Source: Candidatus Sulfomarinibacteraceae bacterium (GTDB lineage Bacteria > Acidobacteriota > Thermoanaerobaculia > Thermoanaerobaculales > Sulfomarinibacteraceae). From it: a stretch of 64,000 bases of DNA. The notes beneath the pieces were generated by a model. The model worked only from the letters and a program-made list of their open reading frames with translations. It was not told where the DNA came from and did no database searches. Shown here in pieces: positions 27,323 through 37,467 of this stretch (positions within the stretch are counted from its first letter, which is position 1; every line of letters starts with the position of its first letter). Where the stretch lies: assembly GCA_963796455.1 (NCBI GenBank), contig CAWCLO010000001.1, positions 608,001-672,000 of the forward strand, in the 5' to 3' direction. A program made the translations under genes and the position numbers.

Positions 27323-29063
27323 GGGACCTCCGGGAGCGAGCCATCGCCAGGGTGGATCGAAGAATTGATGAGGCGATCTTGAAGGGCGTTACACATACCG
27401 GCGGAGCCAGTTCACCCGCCTGCCACAGAAGAATGCCCTGGCGGCGGCGGATCTTGCCCGACGAAGTTCGTGGCAGGGTGCCCGGTGGAAGCACCTCGAC
27501 GTGCTGCGGATCAAGTCCGGTCGCCGCTCGAACCGCACGCGCCATTTCGCCGGCGATCACGGGGTAGCGACCGGCGGGCTGGTTTCCCATGGCTTCTGCC
27601 AACACCACCAACTCCTCACCCGCTCCACCATCCGGGACAAAAGACGCCGCCAACGTGCAGCCGGTACGAACCCCCTCAACATCGTCGAGGGCATGTTCGA
27701 CCTCGATCGGCGAGTGATTGCGTCCACGGAGGATGATCAGGTCTTTGGACCGGCCGGTCAGAAAGAGCTCGCCCGAGGCGAGAAATCCGAGATCTCCGGT
27801 GTCGAGCCACCCGTCCCGAATCGCCCTGGCCGTCTCTCGGGGCTGACCGAAGTAACCATCCATGAGGGACGGGCCCGAGACCTCAAGGCGACCGATCTCT
27901 CCTTCGGGTTTTTGTTCTCCATTTGCGTCGACGATCCTGATTTCAAAATCCGGCAGCGGACGGCCCACCGACACGATCTCGACACCCGCTGGGTCTTCGG
28001 ATGCCACGCGCTCGTCGGCCAGAAGATCACGATCATAGAAGCGGCTCGTGAAAGGCCTGGAGACCTCGGAGAAGGTGACTGCCAGCGACGCTTCGGACAG
28101 ACCATAAACCGGAGTCAGGGCCTCAGCCCGGAAACCCCACCGGGCAAAGCGATCCTGAAAGGCCCTGAGGACCCTGGCGGCAACCGGTTCGGCACCGCAG
28201 AGCGCAACCCCCCACTGCGACAGATCGACCCCTTCAAGATCCTCGTCGCGAATCTTTTCGACGCACAGCCCATAGGCAAAATTCGGAGCGGGAGAGACCG
28301 TCGCCCGGTATTTCGAAATGCACCGCAACCAGACGGCAGGCCGAGCGACAAAGAGCTCCGGTGGGAGCAACGTCAGATCCGCCCCGCGCTCGAGGGCAGG
28401 AAAGACACACCCGATCAGCCCCATGTCGTGATAGAGGGGCAGCCAGCTGACGCCGCTGTGGGTGATCCCGTTGCCATCGGGCCAGAATCGGTTCAAGCGA
28501 ATGGTCTGTGCCACTACGGCACGGTGGCTCAGAGCAACCGGTCTGGGTACTGAGGTCGTTCCCGACGAAAATTGAATCATCGCCAGGTCGGTACTTTGCG
28601 GAGCATCGGTTTCCAGCCCGTCGTCATCGAGCGAAGCTACCGTACGACATCCGAGCCAGGGCTTCGCAAGCTCGATCACGGTTCCGAGAATTCGGCGAAC
28701 CCTGGTGTCGGCAAGCACCAACCGGGCATCAACCGCGCCCAGCATGGCTGCCGTTCGAGCGGTGTATTCATCCAGACGACCGAGCCGGACCGGCGGGTAG
28801 AGCGGCACCGGAATCCCACCCGCCATCAGGACTGCAAAAAACGCGTCGAAGAACTCGGGGGATGTGGGATACACGAGGGCAACTCGATCGCCACGCTCGA
28901 TGCCAAGGGCCGCCAGACCTCCTGCACAGCGCAGGGCACGATCTCGGATTTCCGACCAGGGGAAGAATGAAGCCCTTTCGTGACGGTCGATGAATCGCAA
29001 CCCGTGATCGGGAACGGCCGCCACCCGGTCGAGAAGATCGATCAGGGTGACGGAATCATCCAT
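27309..29063 (-). CDS. Fatty acyl-AMP ligase
   Basis: QFSSGTT, SWLPLYHDMGL, YGLSE, TGDLGF and RTSSGK motifs. Confidence 0.9.
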   Translation of the reverse strand: MDDSVTLIDLLDRVAAVPDHGLRFIDRHERASFFPWSEIRDRALRCAGGLAALGIERGDRVALVYPTSPEFFDAFFAVLMAGGIPVPLYPPVRLGRLDEYTARTAAMLGAVDARLVLADTRVRRILGTVIELAKPWLGCRTVASLDDDGLETDAPQSTDLAMIQFSSGTTSVPRPVALSHRAVVAQTIRLNRFWPDGNGITHSGVSWLPLYHDMGLIGCVFPALERGADLTLLPPELFVARPAVWLRCISKYRATVSPAPNFAYGLCVEKIRDEDLEGVDLSQWGVALCGAEPVAARVLRAFQDRFARWGFRAEALTPVYGLSEASLAVTFSEVSRPFTSRFYDRDLLADERVASEDPAGVEIVSVGRPLPDFEIRIVDANGEQKPEGEIGRLEVSGPSLMDGYFGQPRETARAIRDGWLDTGDLGFLASGELFLTGRSKDLIILRGRNHSPIEVEHALDDVEGVRTGCTLAASFVPDGGAGEELVVLAEAMGNQPAGRYPVIAGEMARAVRAATGLDPQHVEVLPPGTLPRTSSGKIRRRQGILLWQAGELAPPVCVTPFKIASSILRSTLAMARSRRSRGRS

Positions 29064-29298
29064 CGATGCGCTCCCGGATCGCATCCACAAGATCGCCCAC
29101 CGTGACAATCCCCTCGACCTGATCGAGTTCGACCCGAAATCGGTTCTCCACTTCGAGAGCGAGGGTCAGGCTCTTGAGTGAGTCCAGTTCGAGGTCTTCA
29201 ACCAGACGCATCTCAGGCTGGAGTTCACCGGTCCAACCGACATGGGTTCGAGCCACCTCGGTGATCCCCTCGAGGACCTCACTTCGTGCCAGGCTCAC
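29056..29298 (-). CDS. Acyl carrier protein
   Basis: 80 aa acidic protein with DLELDSL phosphopantetheine site; GTG start overlaps the upstream stop. Confidence 0.88.
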   Translation of the reverse strand: MSLARSEVLEGITEVARTHVGWTGELQPEMRLVEDLELDSLKSLTLALEVENRFRVELDQVEGIVTVGDLVDAIRERIDG

Positions 29299-29861
29299 GC
29301 GACCTCCCCTGGTTCGACCGCGGCCGCCCCAGCTACAAGGGCCCGCTCCTCGACTGCAACGCGAACCCGCAGGAGGAGCAGATTGGCGACGCTGAAAAAC
29401 ACCGCGGTGAGCCACGCGAAATGAACCATTGGAATGGCGGCAATCTCGAGAACCACCGCCAGATAATTCGGATGTCGAAGCCACCGGTAGGGGCCGGTCA
29501 CCACCAGGTCTTCGCCGGGAACAACCACCACACGAGTCGTCCACCTCTGTCCAAGGGTGCTGAGAGCCCACCACCGCAGCACGAGGGCCACGATCAGAAC
29601 CGTCATCGATACGAGCGCAACCACCGGTATCCAAGGACGACGGAGGAGCCAGACCTCGGCAACGCAAGATACGAGAAATCCGCCGTGGAGAAGCACCATC
29701 ACAGGATAATGTCCGGAACCAACCTCGAGAGCCCCACGATCTCGCAAAAGGCGCAAATTCCGATCGGACACCCGCATCTCCCACAGGCGCTGGACGGCGA
29801 TCAAGCCGACCAGAAAGGTGTAGGCGACGCGGGAATCGACTTCGAAGAAGGTGCCCGTCAT
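29295..29861 (-). CDS. Isoprenylcysteine carboxyl methyltransferase-family protein (SrsB/BpsB-like)
   Basis: LGQRWTTRV, GPYRWLRHPNY and R..VEERAL motifs. Confidence 0.9.
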   Translation of the reverse strand: MTGTFFEVDSRVAYTFLVGLIAVQRLWEMRVSDRNLRLLRDRGALEVGSGHYPVMVLLHGGFLVSCVAEVWLLRRPWIPVVALVSMTVLIVALVLRWWALSTLGQRWTTRVVVVPGEDLVVTGPYRWLRHPNYLAVVLEIAAIPMVHFAWLTAVFFSVANLLLLRVRVAVEERALVAGAAAVEPGEVA

Positions 29862-30934
29862 TGTCCGTCCCATCGCAACAAAACCAACTCGGAGCAAAAA
29901 CCGGGGCCCATCGCGGTTATCACACCCCAACTCTCCCCTGCCGGCGGCGTTGCCATGGCCTCTTCGAGCACCATCAGGACCGAGGTGGAGGAGAGGTTGC
30001 CGACCTCGCGCAGGGTTCGCCAGGCGCTGTCGAGGGCGCCCTCCGGCAGATCCAGCGAGTCCTGCATGGCCTCGAGGACCTTGGGTCCACCCGGATGAGA
30101 GATCCAGTATTCGATGTTGTTCCTTTGCAGATTGTTCGCGCCAAGGAACGCGTCAACATCATCACGAAGGTGACGGCGCACCATTTCAGGCACCATGGCC
30201 GAAAGCACGACTTTGAAACCACGCTCCGAGACATCCCAGCCCATCACGCGTTCGCTCTCCGGATAGAATGACGACCGGCTGGCTATGATCTCAGGCCCAA
30301 CGGCGTCACGATCGGAACCAACCAGCACAACCGCCGCCGCACCATCTCCAAAGAGACCCGATGCAATCAGATTCTCGACCGAAAGATCTTCCCGTTGCAG
30401 GGTCAGCGAGCACAACTCGACGGAGAGCAGAACGACGACGTCGCTGGGATGACCCTTGAGATAGTCCGCAGCTCGCGCGACCCCGGCCGCTCCGGCGAGG
30501 CACCCGAGCCCGAAAATCGGCACCCTCTTCACGTCATTTCGCAGACCGATGCGATTGATCAGACGGGCATCGATCGATGGCGTCGCAACGCCGGTGACGG
30601 TGACAAAAAAGATGGCATCCACATCCTCGACCCCGAGTCCGGCACGCTCGAGAGCAGCGATCACCGCCTCACCGCCCAACTCGGTGGCGACGCGAATCCA
30701 GTGGTCGTTCGCCTCACCCCAACCGGTGAGCTTCGGATACTCCTCGAGGGGGAGCGCCAGATGGCGGCCACCGACCAGCACGTTCCGATGCAGATCCTCC
30801 AACCGCCTCAGGTTGAAATAGCGCTCGGCCCACTGCTCGCGAAAGGCGGCCAGCAAGGTCTCCTGATCGTAGAAATGATCGGGCAGCACCGAGGCCACTC
30901 CTGCAATATTTATCCCACCCACCGAGTCATCCAA
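29858..30934 (-). CDS. Type III polyketide synthase
   Basis: GLGCLAG (Cys), HPGG (His) and GNLSS (Asn) catalytic triad; MGPGF. Confidence 0.93.
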   Translation of the reverse strand: MDDSVGGINIAGVASVLPDHFYDQETLLAAFREQWAERYFNLRRLEDLHRNVLVGGRHLALPLEEYPKLTGWGEANDHWIRVATELGGEAVIAALERAGLGVEDVDAIFFVTVTGVATPSIDARLINRIGLRNDVKRVPIFGLGCLAGAAGVARAADYLKGHPSDVVVLLSVELCSLTLQREDLSVENLIASGLFGDGAAAVVLVGSDRDAVGPEIIASRSSFYPESERVMGWDVSERGFKVVLSAMVPEMVRRHLRDDVDAFLGANNLQRNNIEYWISHPGGPKVLEAMQDSLDLPEGALDSAWRTLREVGNLSSTSVLMVLEEAMATPPAGESWGVITAMGPGFCSELVLLRWDGQ

Positions 30935-31093
30935 TCGCCGAGACGGGTCTCTGTCGGTCGTTGTTTGTTGTGAACCCTCATCTCATATTCGAGTGCAACA
31001 CAAGCACGGCGCCGAGTATTGCTGCACCTTTGTGTTCCCCTTCATGAGGTCCATCACAGGCGAAACCAAAAAAACCCGGTAGCATGAGCGTCG

Positions 31094-33250
31094 ATGTCGA
31101 TAGACCGCTTGATCCACTCCAGTTCACCAAGGTTGCCAAGGTTGCCAAGGCTGCTGAACTCATCGATCCTGGCATTTGCAACCGCGTTGATCTGCGGCGC
31201 CATGTGGTTATTTGGCTGGTTACCGGCTTTGGATCGAGTCACGGGAGATTTTCTCCTGCGCAGTGCAGGTAATCGCACCGGTGACGATCAACCTATTGCG
31301 GTCATTGTTATCGACGACCGCGCAATAGAGCTTTTCGGTCCCCTCCCCTGGCCCAGATCCCGGCTTGCCGAAATCGTCGAACAGAGTTTTGCCGCCGGCG
31401 CGCTTGGAGTCGCCATCGACCTCATCCTCGCCGAACCGGGTGACCCCACGGAAGATCTCGCCCTCGCTCGGGCACTGTCTCGGGGGTCGACCGTCCTTGC
31501 AACCGCATTCGACTCTACAGGCGAGTGGTTGCTGCCGCTGGAGCCTTTTGGAGGCGCCGGTGTGGCGGCCCACGCATATGGCGAGGTCGGTCCGGATGGG
31601 GTGGTGCGTTCGTATTCCGCCACCAAACAATCTCGTGGGCTGTCTCTCCCGGCCTTGCCCCTGGCAGCGGCTCGAATGCTGCGCCCTGATGTACCGATCA
31701 CACCCGGCGCCACGCTCCGACCCGATTTTAATCCGGCACCTCAAAACCTCCCGCGTCTCAGCGCCGCATCCTTTCTGAACGCTTCCTTTCAAGCGCAGGA
31801 TATCAGCGATCGGATCGTTTTCATCGGCATCTCGGCCACTGGGGCGAGCGACCAATTCGTGGTCCCCACCGGTCCTCGCCACACACCGGTGGCCGGTGTT
31901 CTGGCTCACGCCTCGGCCGCTTCGTCGATTCTCGGCGGGAGGCTCCTCCGGCTTGCTCCTGCGCTCTGGAGTTTGCTCCTGGCATTCTCACTCGCGGGCG
32001 CCGTTCAACTTCTCCGCGACCGCTGCGGATCCTTCGATCTGGTGCTATTTTTCGTCCTGTTGGTCGGCGTTGCGGGGATCTCCGGAGCCGCCTTGCGTTG
32101 GGGTCGGATCGTCCTTCCTGTTGCCACTCTCATCATCGCCATGCTGATCTCCGCTCTGCTTCGGGAAGCCGTCGAGTCAGGACTTGCCAGCCGTGAGACC
32201 GGACGCCTCCTGAAGTCTCTATCGAACCATCTCGGAAGCCCGGACGATCTCGGGAATCCCCGGAGCGCACGAGCCCGTCTCGAAGCCCTACAGCACGTGC
32301 AGAGTCGAATCCTCGAGGAGGACTCCACTCGCCAGGCTTTGCTCGCCGGGATGGGTGAGGGCGTCATCCTGTGGGACGATCAGGGCAAGGTCATGGCTGC
32401 CAATCCGGCGGTTGAAAAACTGTGGGGACACATCCCGAGTCTCGAGGAGATCGAGAAAAGCGGCGACCAGGCCGCAGCATCCCGTCATCGTCGCGAGCTG
32501 TCGCTCAACACCACCGAGCTCGCCTCCGGACACCTCGCCATCATCCGCGACATCACTGCCGAACGATTGCTCGAGCGGCGGCGAGGCGAGATGCAGCGCC
32601 TCGTATCGCACGAGCTCAAGACCCCGCTTGCTTCCATCTCAGGTCTTGGAGAAACCCTGGAGCGATACCAACTCTCCGGTGAGGAGCTGGCGCGAGTGGC
32701 GTCGCTGATCCGAGGCGAGGCCGACCGGCTCCACCATATGGTCACGGTGTTCCTCGACCTCGAGCGCCTCGGTGCCGGCCACTGGGAGGGCGAGACCGGG
32801 GTCGTGGACCTCGGCGCCCTGGTTCACGGGCGGCTTGAAATCCTCCAGGCCGCCGCAGCCGCTCGCGAAATCCACATCGATCCGTCGATCGACGACAGAT
32901 GTCCGACCACAGGAGTCCCCGCCCTGCTCGAACGCGTTATCGACAATCTTGTCGGAAACGCTGTCAAATACACCCACCCCGGCGATCACATCGAGGTCGA
33001 GGTGCGGGGCGAAGGCGGGCTCAGCACCTTGACGGTTCGCGACCACGGTCCCGGAATACCTGAGCAATCACGGGACCATCTCTTCGAACGTTTCTATCGC
33101 GTTCCGGGGAGCCAGGGGGCCGGCGCCGGTCTCGGGCTCTCCCTGGTCAAAGAGGTGGTCTCCTGGCACGGAGGATGCATATCATATGAGGGTGAACCGG
33201 GCGCCGGCAGCACCTTTAAAGTGTGTCTGCCGGGCGTTGAGGAGGACTGA
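31094..33250 (+). CDS. CHASE2-domain sensor histidine kinase
   Basis: IDD...GPLPWPRS CHASE2 motif, 3 TMs, SHELKTPL H-box, N/G boxes. Exact start uncertain. Confidence 0.9.
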   Translation: MSIDRLIHSSSPRLPRLPRLLNSSILAFATALICGAMWLFGWLPALDRVTGDFLLRSAGNRTGDDQPIAVIVIDDRAIELFGPLPWPRSRLAEIVEQSFAAGALGVAIDLILAEPGDPTEDLALARALSRGSTVLATAFDSTGEWLLPLEPFGGAGVAAHAYGEVGPDGVVRSYSATKQSRGLSLPALPLAAARMLRPDVPITPGATLRPDFNPAPQNLPRLSAASFLNASFQAQDISDRIVFIGISATGASDQFVVPTGPRHTPVAGVLAHASAASSILGGRLLRLAPALWSLLLAFSLAGAVQLLRDRCGSFDLVLFFVLLVGVAGISGAALRWGRIVLPVATLIIAMLISALLREAVESGLASRETGRLLKSLSNHLGSPDDLGNPRSARARLEALQHVQSRILEEDSTRQALLAGMGEGVILWDDQGKVMAANPAVEKLWGHIPSLEEIEKSGDQAAASRHRRELSLNTTELASGHLAIIRDITAERLLERRRGEMQRLVSHELKTPLASISGLGETLERYQLSGEELARVASLIRGEADRLHHMVTVFLDLERLGAGHWEGETGVVDLGALVHGRLEILQAAAAAREIHIDPSIDDRCPTTGVPALLERVIDNLVGNAVKYTHPGDHIEVEVRGEGGLSTLTVRDHGPGIPEQSRDHLFERFYRVPGSQGAGAGLGLSLVKEVVSWHGGCISYEGEPGAGSTFKVCLPGVEED

Positions 33251-33253
33251 AGC

Positions 33254-34621
33254 GTGGCGAGAGCAAAAATCCTCGTGGTTGACGACGACACCGCGATGCG
33301 CGAGATGATGAGGCTGAGCCTGAGCAAGGAAGGCTTTGAGGTCCTCGCCGCCGATTCGTCGTCAAAAGCCTTTGAGTTGATCGGTGACCACTCCTTCGAC
33401 GTCGTTGTCACCGACATCTATCTTGGCGACGGCACCGGTCTCGAACTCCTCGAACATTGCCAAAAAGGGTGTCCCGATGCCAAGGTGATCCTTGTGACCG
33501 CGCACGGTACGATCGAGACCGCGACTTCAGCGCGACAACTCGGTGTCTTCGACTATCTCGCAAAACCTTTTGCGGTCGAGGTGCTGGTCGAAAGGGTTCG
33601 GGCCGCCGCTGTCGCACCGACCGAAATATCAACCGAGCTGACACTCGGCCCCGAGTCCATGATCATCGGCAACGATCCGGCAATCGTCGAAGTTTACAAC
33701 GCCGTTGCAAGGGTCGCGCCCCTTCCGATTCCAGTCCTGGTTCGCGGTGAAACGGGGACCGGCAAGGAACTCATTGCCCGTGCACTGCACCGCTTCGGCG
33801 CCCAGCCGGACGGCCCTTTTGTTCCCGTCAACTGTGGTGCCATCCCGGAGAATCTGCTCGAAAGCGAGCTCTTCGGACATCGAAAGGGCTCCTTCACCGG
33901 CGCCGACAGGGATCACCGAGGGGCCGTGGAAAGCGCTCGCGATGGAACTCTGTTCCTGGACGAGATCGGCGAGCTCCCTCCTTCGCTCCAGGTCAAGTTG
34001 TTGCGCTTTCTCCAATCAGGCGAGGTCCGGCCGGTAGGATCGGACCAGACCAAGCAGGTCCCCGCGAGGGTCGTTGCCGCCACCAACCGGGATCTTCGTG
34101 CCGAGGTCGAGGCCGGTACCTTTCGCCAGGATTTCTATTTCCGCCTCGCCGCCTACGAGATCGTCCTTCCACCGCTTCGCGATCGCCGGTCAGACATCCC
34201 GCTGTTGACCGAACATTTTCGAAGACGCCACGTGGATGACCTGGGAATTTCCGACCAAACCATTGCGAGCAAAGAGGTTCTCGCGATTCTCGATGGTCAC
34301 GATTGGGCCGGAAACGTCCGCGAACTCGATCACGTGGTGCAGCGGGCACTCGTCGACAGCGGCAACCTGAACGACCCGCAACGAATCGACGCCCTCCTCG
34401 CCGCCGAGTCCGGATCCAAGCGACGGGATGTGAAGCCGGGTATCGGCGACGCTCTGACCCTCGAAGAACTCGAGCGGCTCCACATTGCGGCAGTTCTCCG
34501 CCGGACCGGCGGCAACCGGTCACAGGCCGCGAAGATCCTCGGGATCGAACGAAAATCTCTCTACCGCAAAGCCGAGCGCCTCGGAATAGCGCTCGACACC
34601 GACGAGGAGCAGTCACCATGA
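33254..34621 (+). CDS. Sigma54-dependent response regulator (NtrC family)
   Basis: Receiver domain, GETGTGKE, ESELFGH..GSFTGA, C-terminal Fis HTH. Confidence 0.95.
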   Translation: MARAKILVVDDDTAMREMMRLSLSKEGFEVLAADSSSKAFELIGDHSFDVVVTDIYLGDGTGLELLEHCQKGCPDAKVILVTAHGTIETATSARQLGVFDYLAKPFAVEVLVERVRAAAVAPTEISTELTLGPESMIIGNDPAIVEVYNAVARVAPLPIPVLVRGETGTGKELIARALHRFGAQPDGPFVPVNCGAIPENLLESELFGHRKGSFTGADRDHRGAVESARDGTLFLDEIGELPPSLQVKLLRFLQSGEVRPVGSDQTKQVPARVVAATNRDLRAEVEAGTFRQDFYFRLAAYEIVLPPLRDRRSDIPLLTEHFRRRHVDDLGISDQTIASKEVLAILDGHDWAGNVRELDHVVQRALVDSGNLNDPQRIDALLAAESGSKRRDVKPGIGDALTLEELERLHIAAVLRRTGGNRSQAAKILGIERKSLYRKAERLGIALDTDEEQSP

Positions 34622-35349
34622 AATATGCCCTCACCGCCGTCCTGGTACTCACTCTCGTTGGAGCGGCACCGGCAACGGAAGCACCGACAAAACTCGAATA
34701 CGACGTCACCGCGATCAAACGAAAGCTCATCCTCGCGGCTGCGGAGGGCGAACGCGAACTGGCAGTGGGCGACCGGCGCTTCTCCGGAGATGCGCTGCGA
34801 ACCGGATCCCGTTCGAGCGCCGACCTCGAAGTTCCCGAACGAGCGGCCGCATTTCACATCGGTGCGAAAACCGAGTTCCGTCTTGCCCACGGTCAACCGG
34901 GGGTATTGCTCGAGATCGACCGCGGCAGCGTCCGGGCGATCTTCGGTCCTCTCATGACAGGGAGCGAAGAGGAGCGTCTGGTCACCACTCCTTCGGCCGT
35001 GCTCGCGGTCCGAGGGACCGAGTACGGTCTCGAGGTCGAAAAGGATGGCGACACTTCTTTGACGGTTTTCGAGGGCGAGGTGGAACTCCGGGCATTGGAC
35101 GAGCACCGCACCGTGGTTCGTGTGCCGGCCGGTCAGGCCACCCGAATCCGAATGGGGCGCCAACCATCAAAACCGTGGGCCCACGGGATGTCATCTCGCG
35201 ATTGGGACAGCGGCCGCCGGATCGGGAACCCCAGCGCGGGCGGCCAGCAACAGCAACAACCGGGAATGGGTGAAGCGGGTCGCGGCGGCAGCGGCGGAGG
35301 GTCGCGTCAGTCGTCGTCTCAAGGCGGGTCCAAACGACACGGCGGTTGA
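34618..35349 (+). CDS. Secreted FecR-domain protein
   Basis: Signal peptide, TPSAVLAVRGTEY and VFEGEV motifs; ATGA overlap with the regulator. Confidence 0.8.
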   Translation: MKYALTAVLVLTLVGAAPATEAPTKLEYDVTAIKRKLILAAAEGERELAVGDRRFSGDALRTGSRSSADLEVPERAAAFHIGAKTEFRLAHGQPGVLLEIDRGSVRAIFGPLMTGSEEERLVTTPSAVLAVRGTEYGLEVEKDGDTSLTVFEGEVELRALDEHRTVVRVPAGQATRIRMGRQPSKPWAHGMSSRDWDSGRRIGNPSAGGQQQQQPGMGEAGRGGSGGGSRQSSSQGGSKRHGG

Positions 35350-35360
35350 GTCCGAAGGAC

Positions 35361-36551
35361 TCAGCTCGATACGGGAGTCACCGAGCGAAGCCGCATCAGG
35401 GCGACGATTCCGATCCCGAAAGCCGCCAGCATGAAAACCGACCCGGTTCGGAAGGGCCAGGCAAAACCGAGGGTGCCATAGGCTACTTCGGCCCAGAACG
35501 GGGCGATGATTCTGGCCAGACTCGAAACTCCCTGGTAGACACCCATGACTCCACCCACCTCGTCCGGCCCGGCGAGCTTGGATGTGAGGGCTGAGAGTGA
35601 GGGGTGGGCGATGCCCTGACCGAGGGCCAACACCGCCAAAACCACCAGAAGCGGTCCTCGGCCAGGCGCATACGGCAGGAAGCCGAGAGCCACAAAGCTC
35701 AGAAAGGTGCCGGTGACGATCAATCGCGCCTCACCAAAACGCCGGGACAGGCGGCCGACCAGACCGCCCTGAACCACGGCCCCGAGTACCCCTGCATAGA
35801 CAAAGAGCCAGGCGATCGTCGAGATGGAAAAACCGAAGCGCAGCTTGGCAAACTGGGCAAATGTTGTTTCGAAGTTTGCAAAGGCGAAGATGGTGCAAAA
35901 GACCAGCATCATGCACAGCCCGATCAAAGGGTGGGAAAGCGACCGGGCCAAGCTCCGCAGATCGAGGGCGTGGCGCCGGGCTTCGCTCTTCGCGTTCGGA
36001 TCGAGGGTCTCAGGGAGCTTGGTCAGAACCAACAGAAAAGCAATCATCGAGGCCGTCGCGGCCGCTATTCCGGGCAGCCATGGCGCCACTGTTACAAGGA
36101 GCGCACCGATCGCCGGCCCGAGGATGAATCCGAGACCGAATGCCGCACCGATCAGACCCATGCCCTTGGCGCGATCCTCGGGAGCGGTGATATCGGCAAT
36201 GACGGCCTGAGCGGTCGAGATATTGCCGCCCGATATGCCATCGATGATCCTCGAGGCGAAAAGCATCGCGATCGATCCCGCGATACCGAAAAGCACATAG
36301 CCCACCGCCGAGCCGATCAGGGAAACCAGCAACACCGGCCGCCGGCCGATACGGTCCGAAAGCCTCCCGAGGATCGGCGCAAAGATGAACTGCATGATCG
36401 AGAATGAAGCCATCAGGAGGCCAAAGATCACCGGCGACGGACCATACTCCTCGGCATAGAGCGGCAGAATCGGGATGACGATCCCGAATCCCACCAGATC
36501 GATAAAGACGATCAGGAAGATGATGCCGATCTTTGTGCGGTGATCTTTCAC
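35361..36551 (-). CDS. MFS transporter, TetA/DHA1-like
   Basis: GRLSDRIGRRP motif A and GFILGPAIG motif C. Start uncertain (36551 or 36593). Confidence 0.9.
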   Translation of the reverse strand: MKDHRTKIGIIFLIVFIDLVGFGIVIPILPLYAEEYGPSPVIFGLLMASFSIMQFIFAPILGRLSDRIGRRPVLLVSLIGSAVGYVLFGIAGSIAMLFASRIIDGISGGNISTAQAVIADITAPEDRAKGMGLIGAAFGLGFILGPAIGALLVTVAPWLPGIAAATASMIAFLLVLTKLPETLDPNAKSEARRHALDLRSLARSLSHPLIGLCMMLVFCTIFAFANFETTFAQFAKLRFGFSISTIAWLFVYAGVLGAVVQGGLVGRLSRRFGEARLIVTGTFLSFVALGFLPYAPGRGPLLVVLAVLALGQGIAHPSLSALTSKLAGPDEVGGVMGVYQGVSSLARIIAPFWAEVAYGTLGFAWPFRTGSVFMLAAFGIGIVALMRLRSVTPVSS

Positions 36552-36596
36552 AAATTGCCCTTCAGAGACGAACGGAGGGCATTCTACACGCAAGGC

Positions 36597-37450
36597 AGCT
36601 CGATGCTCGATGCTGGACTTGTCACGGCGTAGCCTGAAGGGCGAAGCCGGATGCTGGATTTGTCACGCCGTAGCCCGCATGGCGAATCCGGGTGCCGGAG
36701 AAACCGCAGATCACGCAGATGAACGCAGATCGACCATCGCCATCGCCATCGCCATCGCCATCGCCATCGCCATCGCTATCGACGAAGAGTTTCTAGATTG
36801 GCTGATTCAGGCGCGAAACACCCTCACTAAGAATTGCAGAGACACCAAGAGCTAGCTAGAAGGCCCACAGAGCACACAGAAAAACACAGAGGGCACTCAG
36901 TTCATCACGAATTAGCTGCCGGATCCTTCCGGGAATTTGAACACAAAGGCGCAGAGACATCGCAAGACCGTAGGGCCATCGCAAAAACCGCGAAGGCCGC
37001 GAAGACCGCAAAGAGGTCACGGCGACGTACACATTCGAGTAGTTCTTGCCCTGCCCCATTTATAGAAAGAGAGAGGCAGAACCGACGTGCGTCGCGCACG
37101 TCGGTCGGTGAGAAGGTCGTCCGGAACAAATACCTGTATTTGGAGCGGACGTCCTTCTCACCGGCGGCAGGCGATCATTGATCGACTGTCGTTCTGCCTC
37201 GGCAGCTTCGGTATGGCCCTCACGCTCAGCCACCGATCCGCAGCGTCTTTGCGTTCTTTGCGTTCTTTGCGGTTCATTCCGGGTTCTTCGGTGTCTTCTG
37301 TAGGCCATTGTGGTTTCGACCAGAGCGACTGCGATGGATCTGCGCAGATCCTTCGACTTGGTCGCGAGGCTCCCTCGCTCAGGATGACATTCGGCCGGTG
37401 TTGCCGCGGCCAGCACGGCCTCATGTCATCTGCGTGATCTGCGGTGTCTC
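36597..37450. repeat. Composite repeat region homologous to 12135-13215
   Basis: Two TTGTCACG.CGTAGCC units, 34-bp CGCAGAT module, (CCATCG)x8, 9-mer arms, central hairpins at 37081-37163, half GTCATCCTGAG palindrome at ~37346-37390. Confidence 0.9.
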
Positions 37451-37467
37451 AGGAATCCTGGTGCCGG

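Noticed and set aside
31004..31024. Sigma54 promoter upstream of the CHASE2 kinase
   Set aside because: GG-to-GC spacing is 11 rather than 10 nt.
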